DNA from: Mytilus californianus
Lineage: Eukaryota
Reading direction: 5' to 3'
Length of the DNA stretch: 64,000 nucleotides
NCBI RefSeq assembly: GCF_021869535.1
Contig: NW_026262604.1
Location: 1,488,001-1,552,000 of the forward strand
Positions 25,609-36,823 of this stretch are shown one piece after another (position 1 is the first letter of the stretch; each line of letters opens with the position of its first letter). The position numbers and the translations under genes were made by a program. The notes under the pieces were generated by a model. It saw only the letters and a list, made by a program, of their open reading frames with translations. It did not search any database and was not told the origin of the DNA.

Positions 25609-26084
25609 ACTCCCCCTTACTTCAGTTGATTTCGACCCGAAATCTTGACATATTCCTGTAAAATACTAAGTAAAGTAGGGGTTAGTCAATTACACATACA
25701 TGATAACTGTGTATTGTTCCATACATACAAAAGTAAACATACAAAATATATATACATACCTAAATATTCAATAATTGATCATAAACACAGGTCCTGAGTT
25801 ACAAGGTCTTTAATTCAAAACAATAAATGCATCTAACTATTTCTGAAAAAAGTTGTCTAAAAAAATACCTTATCACTTAAAACAATTTGGAAAATATTCA
25901 AGAGGTTGAGGATTCAGCACTACTTATGGAATAGAACTAATTATTCGGTGAAATGAAATATATTAGACAAAAATTACTGCAGAAATACAGTTTAATTTAA
26001 GATGTTAAAATTCATTATTAAAATCTAATAGTTGAACAATTAAAAAGAAATCATAAGAACAATTTGCTTTTAAAATAAAATTGA

Positions 26085-28274
26085 TTATTCTAAATGTGGA
26101 AATAAGGAAACAGAAGTTTGATTTGAAGCTTGTTGCACTTTTTGAATAGTTCGTGGTGGATTCAAAACTGAAGCAAACCCTTGATGTGTAACTAATACAT
26201 AAGAATCAAATGTCTGAGCTAATATTTTGTTAATTCTATGCCTTTTAAATACATTAAGATCAATTGTAGTAGGAATGTTCACAGTCTTGTTGGTAAGCTT
26301 GTTTGTAATAACAAATGATGAAATAATAACATATAATTTACTCTGATGAAAGGATGAAATTGATATATCATCTACAGAAGGTATACTGTCGTAATATGAT
26401 GGACACACAGATAAGCTAAGCAATGGTACTGTAACACAGTCAGCACCTGATGTAATCTCTAAGTAAATGGTGGTGCATTTGGACTTTCTTGATCGATACA
26501 AAAAACAAATCAGTACAGATAAAAATATGAATACAATTACACTCAAAATCACTGAGGCATGTAGCCAAGAAAATTGAGAAGCAAAAAATGTCTCTAGTTC
26601 TGATGCACTTGTAGTAGGTGGTGTGAGTTTCTTATATATAAATGATGGTATTTCTTGAGATTTTACTTTTGAGACTTGTTGTATGATGTGGAGGATAATT
26701 GCTTATCACTAAAATATTCTTGCAACAATGCTAAATTTACAGGATATTGAACTGACACTTCTTGTGTGTTGTTGTAACATTGGACTAATCTTGGTGATAA
26801 ATATAATGATTTTGTGGAAAGTGAACACTTGCATGGTAAACTGACAACACAATCTTTGCATCCTGGAAGGAGATTTTGCTTGTTGTGACAATTAATAGCA
26901 AGCTTATCACTTTGATACACCAATACTGATGTGGAGCTCAATTCAATGATGTCATGTGTTAAATGATTTTCCAAAAATCTGAAATTGCACAGGCTTTTGA
27001 CCTGCTTCTTGTCATTGTTGAATAGTGCAATGGTGCATTGTTTAACATGCGATGGGACAAGTGCAATATTGAAACTGCATGTGATAACACTTACATGCTG
27101 GCAATTAGTTAATTGGTTAGAAGATAAGGGGAGATAATAATCATGCTGGTGGGTAAGAGCAAGAAAATCTGGTAAATCAAGCAGTTTAGTTGCATGCTTC
27201 AGAGTGTTATTTACTGGAACAGGTAGAGAAATTACTTTAAAAAGCTGAAGAGGTTGTGAATGTGATGAAACTGGAAATCTGAGTGTTAGGTATAGGATGG
27301 AGTGGTTACGCATAAACATAAAGTTACGGTTAGTATAGTAGAAGGAAGGATGTAACTGTGTTAGATAGAATCCTGGATACGATTTTGTTGATATTCCTTG
27401 AACCTTATGGAGTGCATGTGTTAGGGTTTGTTTTAGCAATAATAGTGGTGAGACTCTGCCCATGACAAGGCTTTGCACTGCGGCTTGGAACTGGTCCAAA
27501 TTTCTTCGTAATATATTGCCTGTATTAGTGAGGTTAATGAGTATTTGGAAAATATTAAACATGGATTGCTGTAAGGTAACTAATGACAAGTTCATTGAAT
27601 GAGCCAATGTGGCTATCTCTTTTGAATTGATTTGAATTCCAGACATCAGATTGGTTGTCCTATTGTCCATTACTGACATATAGGATGATAAGTGGTCACC
27701 ATGCTGGTGTAGAACGTCAGATAATAATTCAGTTCTCTTATTGAGTGCGTTTATGTGTCTAGCAAGTAAATTTACATCACTCATTGTTGATGTACCAAAA
27801 AGACCTTTAGCAAGTGAGCCAATGAATGGTAAAAATGAACGAATATTTCGTTTTGATGACAAAATAGTACTGTGAGGAATTAAAGTATGAATGGCTTTAA
27901 TTGTATCTAATAAGTGCATTTCTGTAGTTTTATGTAAATAACTTATAAAATTTACATTGCGTTAAATGTATTACAATCATGAACATGTGTTTGTCTCTGA
28001 CATAAAGGTAACTCTTCTGATAAATGAATGTTATGGGGAATTTGAACCTTAAATGTATGAAGCCATGATTCTTTGGCTAAAACAGGTTTGCCTCTTCTTT
28101 AAAGATGACCCCATAATTAATTATTTGGATTATGTCTTTTTCTACAGTATAATCAGCACCAACTTGAACAAAACACAGGACCACCATTAGAAAGTACATC
28201 AGCCCATGCCAACTAGCCACGAATTTACCTACAAATATATTAAACAAGGGAAAAATTAGATGTGATGAAATCAA
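26085..28274 (-). pseudogene. env: Envelope-like (class I, baculovirus-F/errantivirus-type) glycoprotein ORF, frameshifted
   Basis: Hydrophobic signal (LMYFLMVVLCFVQVGA), NYGVIF, basic cleavage site KRNIR|S followed by fusion-peptide-like SFLPFIGSLAKGLFGT, heptad region and Cys-rich ectodomain. TM segment VILSVIVFIFLSVLICFLY then RSRK. Breaks near 28077, 27950 and 26660. Lies between integrase and the PPT. Confidence 0.8.
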
Positions 28275-28688
28275 GGTGAAAGTATGCAGGCCTTACATAC
28301 AATCTAGCACTATGGATCAACAGAGAATCTGTTTAGGTTTAATTCAACACATCAAATTTCTACCTTACAAAAAAAAAATAAAACCTAAAAGTCTGCCGGC
28401 ATGGCTAGCTAGTTAGCAGTGAATTGAATAATACTGTCAATGGGACTATCCTTCGATGTCAAGTAACTTGGAACTGATAATACATTTTACTGAGTACTGG
28501 AACTGAGTACGGACTTTAAGATAATGAGTACTAATGAGTTCACTTATTGATGAGTACTAACTTGTACGATTACATACTTGTGCAATATAAAGTGATATGA
28601 ACTAAAATCTCAAATCATTAAACTTAATTTGAATGATAAAAAACTTGTCTTAAATAACGCATGAATACTACATGTACTATGAGCAAAA

Positions 28689-30790
28689 CTAGTTTTTTAC
28701 TCTTTTGAAGAAAGATTTCTTTCTTTTGCCTTTCTGGGTAAATCTCAGATTTATTTCCTCTAACATGGGAGGGTCAAAACTAGTATCTGGTTCCCATGTG
28801 CGTGTCTTATCAAGCCATTCTACTCTCATGAACCTTTTACCATTGCAAAATTTACCTCTTTTAATTTGATGAAAATTAAATGTTTGATTATCAATACGAG
28901 GCTGATTTGTTTGATTTTCTATAACATTTTCTTGATTAACATTATTTTCAGGTTGTAAGTTAACATTTGGCAGTTCATCAAGAGGTTCTGAATTATCTGC
29001 AGTGTTTTCAGGTTCCTCTTGCACTTGTGTTTGTGCTTGAGGAGCTACATTTGCATTTTGATCTGGTGCATTGTTTTGGTGTTGTTGTACCTCAAACCGT
29101 TTGCGATGAATATTTGGGTCATAGTAGCGCCTAAGATTTGTGGCATTTATCAATGATTTCAATTCTTTATTATTAGATATTTCTTTCAATTTGTATGTGA
29201 AGTTTTGACCTTTTTCCATAATGCGATAAGGACCAGCATGTTTGTCATGTAATTTGCGAGACTGACCTTTAGGGACTTTATTTGTAGTAATCAAAACTTG
29301 GTCTCCAACAGAAAAATCAGGAATATTTGATTTAAGGTCATGTCTTTCTTTATCTTTTTCTTTTTGTTGCGCATCTTTTTGTTTTGCAATTTCATGCGCA
29401 ATTTTTAAATTTGCCAAAAAGCCTTCTATATAATCTTTGACATCTTGACATAAATTGTCTTTTGGTTCTAATGCTACATCAAAAGGAAGTCGCATTTCTT
29501 CTCCAAACATCATATAGAAGGGTGAATATCCTGTTGTATTGCAGGATGGTGATTTTCTATATGCCATCATTATAAAAGGGAGAAGGGTAGGCCAATTTGA
29601 CTGGTCCTTATCACAATATGCTCTTAAACATGCTGCTAATGTGCTATTTTGACGTTCAACAGTACCATTTGTATTTGCATGATATCAACTTGAATGGTGT
29701 TGTTTAACCTAGAAAACTTCACAAATTGCTTTGATAACCTTTGTCATGAACGATTGACCTCTATCACTAAATAAAATTTTAGGACTGCCAAAACGGGCAA
29801 AAACTTCTGAGCATAATATGGTTGCTACCTCTTTTGCTGTTTGTGTTTTCATAGGGAAAGCTTCTGTCCAACGAGTGAAAGAATCAACTACTACTAAGAC
29901 ATGTTCAAAACCTTGTGGTGTTTTTGACAAAGGACCTAGTATATCAACATGCCAACGATGAAATCTACCAACATGAGGCATTGGAGACAAAGGTGGTTTG
30001 TTGGGGTTGTAATTTCTTTTGGCACGTTGACACCTATCGCAAGTTTTTATGTATTGATTTACATTTGCATGCATTTTTGGCCAATAATATTTTTCCATCA
30101 TAGAAGAATAGACCTTATCAGCACCTAAGCGGCCTCCGCCTAGTAAGGAGTCATGATATGAGTGGAGAGCCTCTTCTCTAAGACAAGTTGGCAATGCTAT
30201 CTGTTTAATTTGTCTTAGTTCCTTAGGTAACTTCCTACATCTTCTCTGATATAAATAATATAAAAATACCATTAGAAATAGAGTAATACGGGCTTTCAGA
30301 TACAATTGCACGTCTGAGTTTCTCATCCTCAGGAAGTTCCCTATCTTGCAGATATTTAATGATATCAGAAAAATCAGGACATTGTTTTTGTCTTTCAAAC
30401 AGAGAGATAGGATTAGCTAAGTTTTCAGGAAGTTGATCAGCTTCTAGGGCAGATATTATAGGACAGTTTTCAGGAGATTCATCATCATAGTAAAAGGTAG
30501 TGTAAGTTTGCCAACCATTTGGTAGGCAGTCAGATTCAGAATCTGGCTCAGAATCTTGTCTAGCGTTTGTTACAGATCGTATAGCCGGTGCCTTATCATA
30601 TGGCCTACGGCTTAAACAGTCTGCAACTACATTGCGTTTGCCTGGTCTATGAATGATATCATAGTCTAAGTCTTGTAACTTTAGTGCCCAACGTTCTAGT
30701 CTCCTTGATAATTTGGCAGTTTTTAACCAAGTGAGTGCTCTGTGATCAGTTACTATAGTGAAGTGAGAGTTAGCCAAATAAGGACGGTAG
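28689..30790 (-). pseudogene. pol: Gypsy pol: RNase H C-terminus, tether and integrase
   Basis: HFTIVTDHRALTWL...RWALKLQDLDYDIIHRPGKRNVVADCLSR. Integrase zinc-binding region ...YYWPKM...CDRCQ, core WHVDILGPL...VVVDSFTRW...SDRGQSF, TGYSPF and GPY motif. Several frameshifts. Confidence 0.93.
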
Positions 30791-32939
30791 CACTACAAAA
30801 GTCAAAAAGTCTGAAAAGACCAGTTTTTGTCTGAATTTGCATGAATTTTTACTCGACATTCTTAATTTGTCTGAATAATTTAAAAAAATTCTTGACATAG
30901 TATGAATTTGTCTAATAAGGTTCTTGATTTTTCTTGACAAGTGTCTTGACAGTATGAACATTGTCTTAAAATTTCTCGACACTTCCTGTATCATCTGATA
31001 AGAGTCTGGATTAGTCTCGACCAATTCTTGACTGTCTTAAATTTGTCTCGATCTGTCTTGACATATTCTTGACATTCTTACTAATGTCTGAATATGTCTC
31101 GACATATTCTTGACATTCTAAATAATGTCTGAATATGTCTCAACACATTCTTGACAGTCTTAAAAATGTCTTGACACTATCTCAACAGTATAAATTTCGC
31201 CTGAAATGTGAACAGACTTATTCTGCACTGTTTATGACATTCTATTGCTGTTATATACTCCTTTTTATTATGGCTTAACTAAACTTTGAAGAATCAAGGA
31301 TTAATTTGGTATATATAGTAAGATACCCTTTTGGTGCAACTAAGTTGTAATACCCTGAATAATCCCCCATATAGTTTAATTTTGATTTATTTTTATTAAA
31401 CATTTAAGTAATTGTTTTCACTTGGAATATAAGTAGAAGGTATTGACAAACAGCATTTAGATTTTTGCCGTTCGCAAAACTGCCAGTCAAATTTGCTTTA
31501 CTAAAATAGGTGTCTTGTATCTCTTTTGGACCCCACAATTCATCTTTTGGGTTTGTGTAGCTAAAAAAAGAGGGGGGGGGGGGGTGGGGGTGGGGGTGGG
31601 GCTTTCGTTTAGGTCAAAGAATTTGTTCCCATCTTGATTCAAAAACCTTATTCATTTTTTAGAACAACCCAAAAACATTTTTTATTCAAATTTGAGTGTT
31701 GAATTTTATAATTTTTTATCAAAAATAAATATTAATAAATAATAAAAAAACTCCTTCCTGAAAAGAAAAAAATGTTTAGATCTATATTATGCATGTTTGT
31801 TTGAGAACCATTTCTATAGAAATCATTGATGGGACCCATTATAAATACATTTTTTTTATTATTCCTGGAGTAGATAATAATTTTCTCTTAATCTTTGGGA
31901 ATTATTCAATTTGTTTTTATGTTAAAATAATTAACTTCATAATTTTGATGAGGAATATCCATTTCAATTCAATTTGTTTTCATCAAAATGATGATTTTCA
32001 TTTTCATCTATCAACAAACTTTTGTAGTGGCATGGTCGGTCAACTGATAAGTTGTATGGCTGATTACAGGTAAAGTTATAACTTCTATTTGACAGTTGCG
32101 TGTACTCTGGGGTGTGGAATACCTTAATTTTATGGGGAACATCCTGTCCATGTGTAATACTTGATATATTCCAACAGATGACATTACACAAATTTTTCTT
32201 CTGTTAAATGAATGATTTGTATATCATCATAATTTGCTATTTATATAAACCACATTTTTGTATAATAATTATTTACCATATCAACATTGAATATTATGAA
32301 TGTAGAATGAAATATGTCTACAGTATAATTGGTTTGAATCATTTAATTTATAAGATTTAGGAATCAAAATTTGTAATTATTTAAAAACCCACATTGAAAT
32401 TGTTTTATATCAACACAACCACATTTGAATTATTTTATACTTTAGATTTCATAGCCATATTTGCATTTGTAAAAATATTTATATACCCAAATTTTTAATT
32501 ATTTTACATGCCCAACTTTTATTTTTGTTGTAAAGAAGTGTAACTTGAAACAACAGTATATCATATAAAGAGAAATAAAGATTAAAGTTATATCATGAAT
32601 ATTGGTCATGATTTGTAAAACTCAGAACTGTCAAGTAAATTTAAGACACGATTCAAAATGTTCAGAATATGTCAAGCCATACTGAGAAAAAATATGAATG
32701 TCGAGAATATGTCGAGAAATTTCAAGACAGTTTTCAAATGTCAAGAATTTGTCAAGAAATTTTAAGACCATATTCAGAATGTCGAGAATATGTCGAGTAA
32801 ATTTCATACAAATTTAATATAAATGAGAATTTGTCAAGAAAAATTAAGACACAAGTCATACTTTTGGAGAATGTCGAGTAAAAGTTCATGCAAATTAAGA
32901 CAAAAACTGGTCTTTTCAGACTTTTAGACTTCTGTAGTG
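30791..32939. mobile_element. Non-autonomous CACTA (CMC-EnSpm) element inserted in RNase H
   Basis: Termini CACTACA...TGTAGTG with ~70-bp imperfect TIRs. 3-bp TSD TAG (30788-30790, 32940-32942). Many CTTGACA/CTCGACA subterminal repeats, inverted between the two ends. Excision restores ...GVESYRPYLANSHF. Confidence 0.92.
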
Positions 32940-34295
32940 TAGGATTCAACGCCTCTAATTATGGCTAAACACTCTTTTTCAGAAGTATAGTACTTTTTCT
33001 CAGCATCACTCAGCGCTTTACCACCATAAGCGACAACATACTCTCTATTTTGATCATCTTTCTGTCCCAAAACATAGCCTATTGCTTGATCATATGCATC
33101 ACAAGTTAAAATAAAAGACCTATTTGGATCTGGGTAAGATAGAATTGGTGAAGAAAGTAAAGCCTTTTTCATTGTTTCAAATGCTTGTTGACATTTAGGA
33201 GTCCAGTTAAAAGGTGCATTTTTGCGCAGCAATGCTGTCAAAGGAGACACAATATCTGAATGACCTTTAATAAAACGACGGTAGTAGTTAGCCATACCTA
33301 AAAAAATCTGACCTGTTTAACTGTTTTTGGAACAGGGAACTCACTAACTGCACTCGTTTTTTCTAAGTCAACCTGAACTCCATTTTTGGAAATGATGTGG
33401 CCTAAAAATTTGACTTGCTTAACGGCAAAATTACATTTTGTTGGCTGTAGACGTAAATTTGCCTGTTTTAACCTATCAAAAACTTGAGTAAGGTGTTCAA
33501 GATGTTCTTCAAAAGTATTGCTGAATATTAAGATGTCATCTATGTAGACTAACAAAAATTTCCAATTTAAACCTCTAAATATTTGAGTCATGAGACATTG
33601 AAAAGAAGTGGCTGCATTCATTAAGCCATAACTAAGGCGATTCCATTCATAAGCAACAGATTGTGTGACAAATGCACTTTTATGTTTTGTCTCTTCATCA
33701 AGTGGAATTTGCCAAAACGAACTTTTAAGGTCTAAATTTGTAAGGTAAAGAGGTTTTGCTTCTCCTAATGTGTCAAAAACACTTTCAATATGGGGTAAAG
33801 GAAAGTTCATAGGTACTGTGACCTTGTTGACCTTGCGATAATCTATCGCTAGGCGCCATGTACCTGTATTTTTCTTAGGAATCATTACTACTGGTGACAA
33901 CCAATCAGAATTAGACTCCTCTATAATATTATGTTTCAATAAATCTTGAATTTGGCTTTCCATTTCCCTTTTAACTTGAGGCGACTTTCTATAAAAATGT
34001 TGTTTTACAGGTCGTGCACCAGGGACAGATACAATTTTGTGTTTGTATACGTCTGTTTCACCTAATTCTGTTAAATTTGTGGCAAAGCTTGTTCTGTTTT
34101 CTTTCAAAAATGATTTTAACTTTGCTTTCTCTATTTCTGTTAAGTCAGATTGTGTTAAATCAAATTCTAGGTCAGATTCTGAGACTTTACTTGGTGTGTT
34201 TACTGATGAAACAGATGGAGAGCTTTCATCAAAGTTCTGTATGAGCTCAGTATTGACTTTTTCTACTTTTGCATTTTCTTGTGTGCTCTTAACCT
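32940..34295 (-). pseudogene. pol: Gypsy pol: reverse transcriptase and RNase H N-terminus
   Basis: WLSPVVMIPKK...WRLAIDYRKVN, LDLKSSFWQIPL, YGLMNA, YIDDILIFS, FLGHIIS. RNase H part [18 protein letters not shown]...SEKECLAI. Frameshift near 33297. Confidence 0.95.
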
Positions 34296-35279
34296 TAAAA
34301 TTGAGAATGGAAATGGGGAATTTGTCAAAGAGACAACAACCCGACAATAGAGCAGACAACAGCCGAAGGCCACCAATGGGTCTTCAATGCAGCGAGAAAA
34401 TCCCGCACCCGGAGGCGTCCTTCAGCTAGCCCCTAAACAAATATGTATACTAGTTCAGTGATAATGGACGTCATACTAAACTCCAAATTATACACAAGAA
34501 ACTAAAATTAAAAATGATACAAGACTAACAAAGGCCAGAGGCTCCTGACTTGGGACAGGCGCAAAAATGCGGCGGGGTTAAACATGTTTTTTGAGATCTC
34601 AACCCTCCCTCTATACCTCTAGCCAATGTAGAAAAAACAAACGCACAACAGTACGCACAGTAAAACTGAGTTTAAGAGAAGTCCGAGTCCGATGTCAGAA
34701 TAGGAAACAAAAGAACATAAACAAAATGACAATACATAAATAACAACAGACTACTAGCAGTTACTGACATGCCACCTCCAGACCTCAATTAAACTGATTG
34801 AAAGATTAGGTCTTCATCATATGAACATCAGGCACAATCCCTCCTGTTAGGGGTTTAGTATTATACCATCATAAAATATATGAGAAGAACATAACCCGTG
34901 TAATGCCAACAACTGGTTTTAGAATAAATATGTTTAATTCCGATGCAAAGACCCTATAAGTGAATCAATATTAAAGCTAAAATATGCAATCTTTAATGAC
35001 CTGACAACAGTATCGTAACTATATCCCTTCTTAATAAGTCTGTTTAAAGGTTTTGTTAGCTTTTGAGGTGAATACTGACATTTTTGTGCTTTGTAAAGAA
35101 TATCACCATACAAGCTTGGATGTGAAATACTCGAACGTATAAGATGTCTGCATGTTGAGTTGTATTTACGAATGATGTCCTTATACCGATGATAAAATTT
35201 AGTAAATGTTTTGATTAGTTTATGATATCGAAAACCCTTGTGTAATAATTTTTCAGTAATACATAAATTTCTCTCGCTA
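34296..35279 (-). mobile_element. ~980-bp interspersed repeat (SINE-like) inserted into pol between protease and RT
   Basis: Contains the CTCCTGACTTGGGACAGGC...GCGGGGTTAAACATG core of the abundant family. The pol sequence resumes on both sides (DKNVR...RAHK/AKVEKVN). Possible imperfect TSD AAGATT/AAGGTT. Confidence 0.75.
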
Positions 35280-35745
35280 AAATCTTACATTTTTGTCAGT
35301 TGGGTTAAGTAAACTTATATATGCTTTACCATTTTTAACAGTAACCAATGACTTTGCTGCTATTATGTTTAGATGCTCTATATTTGGAAGTGGCTCTAAA
35401 AGTACAGTTGAACCTGGTTGTTGATGTGAAACAGAGACACTAATTAAAGTTTGAGAAAATTTTGGTATTGTTACTGCCTTAAGAGTTCTTACTAAACCTT
35501 CACTTATACTAAGTTTACTTATTGTAGTAACTGTGTGATTTTCTACAATTTCTAAAGTATTGTTGTCAAAATTTAATTTTGCTTTGTTGTTTTTCAAAAA
35601 ATCAACACCTAGTATTAAAGAGTGGTGTAATGGTGGTAAAACATGTACTACAGTTTTGAATTTTCGATCTCCTATTTTAATTAGAATGTCTAATTTACCC
35701 AAAACTTTAACATGTTCACCATTAACAGCTATTACTTTAACATCT
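35277..35745 (-). pseudogene. pol: Gypsy aspartic protease, C-terminal half
   Basis: VKVIAVNGEHVKVLGKLDI...HSLILGVDFLKNNKAKLNFDNNTL. The catalytic DTG, gag and 5' LTR are absent (truncated at ~35745). Confidence 0.85.
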
Positions 35746-35747
35746 TA

Positions 35748-36823
35748 CACAAGTTATGAAAATATTCAAAGTCAATGAACCATGACTGAGTTACATGGCT
35801 AAACAATCTCCATGTAAATGAGATGTGGCAATGCTTATACAACTGCATACCAAATACCATCATGACCATTGACTTATCATAAGTTGTTCCCAAATCTAAA
35901 TACAAACATTAACTAGTAAACTATAGAAAAGTTTCAAAGTCAATAAGAGGGGGTGGGGCTATATAATCTCCATGGAAACGATACTTGCAAATGCCAATAA
36001 ATTTGCATACCAAATATCATTGACTTAACATTAGCAGTTCATCTTAAACTGATCTAATCACAAACTAATACATGTAAACTAAGATAAGTTTCAAAGTCAT
36101 TAGACTGTGACTGAGGGGTGAGGCCAAATATTCTCCATGGAAATGAGATGTGCCAATGCTTATACAACTGAATACCAATTAACATTGGCCTACCACTAAT
36201 GGTTCCCCTTGAATTGACCTAATCACAAACTAAAACATGATAACTCAGAAAAATTTTCAAAGTCAATAGACCATGTCTTAGGGGCGGAGCCAAATTATTT
36301 TCATGGAAATGAGATATGCCGATGCTTACACAACTACATACCAAATATCATTGATCTACCACTTGTGGTTCCCCATAAACTGACCTTAATCACAAACTAA
36401 TACATGTAAAATAAGCAAAAGTTTCAAAGTCAATAGACCATGACTAAGGGGACGGAGCTAAATTATCTCCATGGAAATGAGGTATGCCGATGCTTACACA
36501 ACTGCATACCAAATATCATTGACCTACCACTTGTGGTTCCCCATAAACTGACCTAATCACAAACTAATACATGTAAAATAAGCAAAATTTTCGAAGTCAA
36601 TAGACCATGACTGAGGGGCAAGGCCATATTATCTCCATTGAAATAAGATGTGCCAATGCTTATACAACTGCATACTAAATATGATTGACCTACCAATTGT
36701 GGTTCACCATAAACTAGACCTAATCACAAACTAATACATTGTTGACGCCGCCGTCGCCGCCGCCGACGCCGGAAACAGCATACCTATGTCTCGCTTTTTG
36801 ACTCAGTCAAGGCGAGACAAAAA
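35748..36823 (-). mobile_element. Second Helentron/HINE-like element (3'-truncated) with ~167-bp tandem repeats
   Basis: 5' TTTTTGTCTCGCCTTGACTGAGTCAAAAAGCGAGACA palindrome and (CGG)n microsatellite. About 6 repeats, marker CAAAGTCA at 35767, 35935, 36092, 36258, 36425, 36592. Confidence 0.75.
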
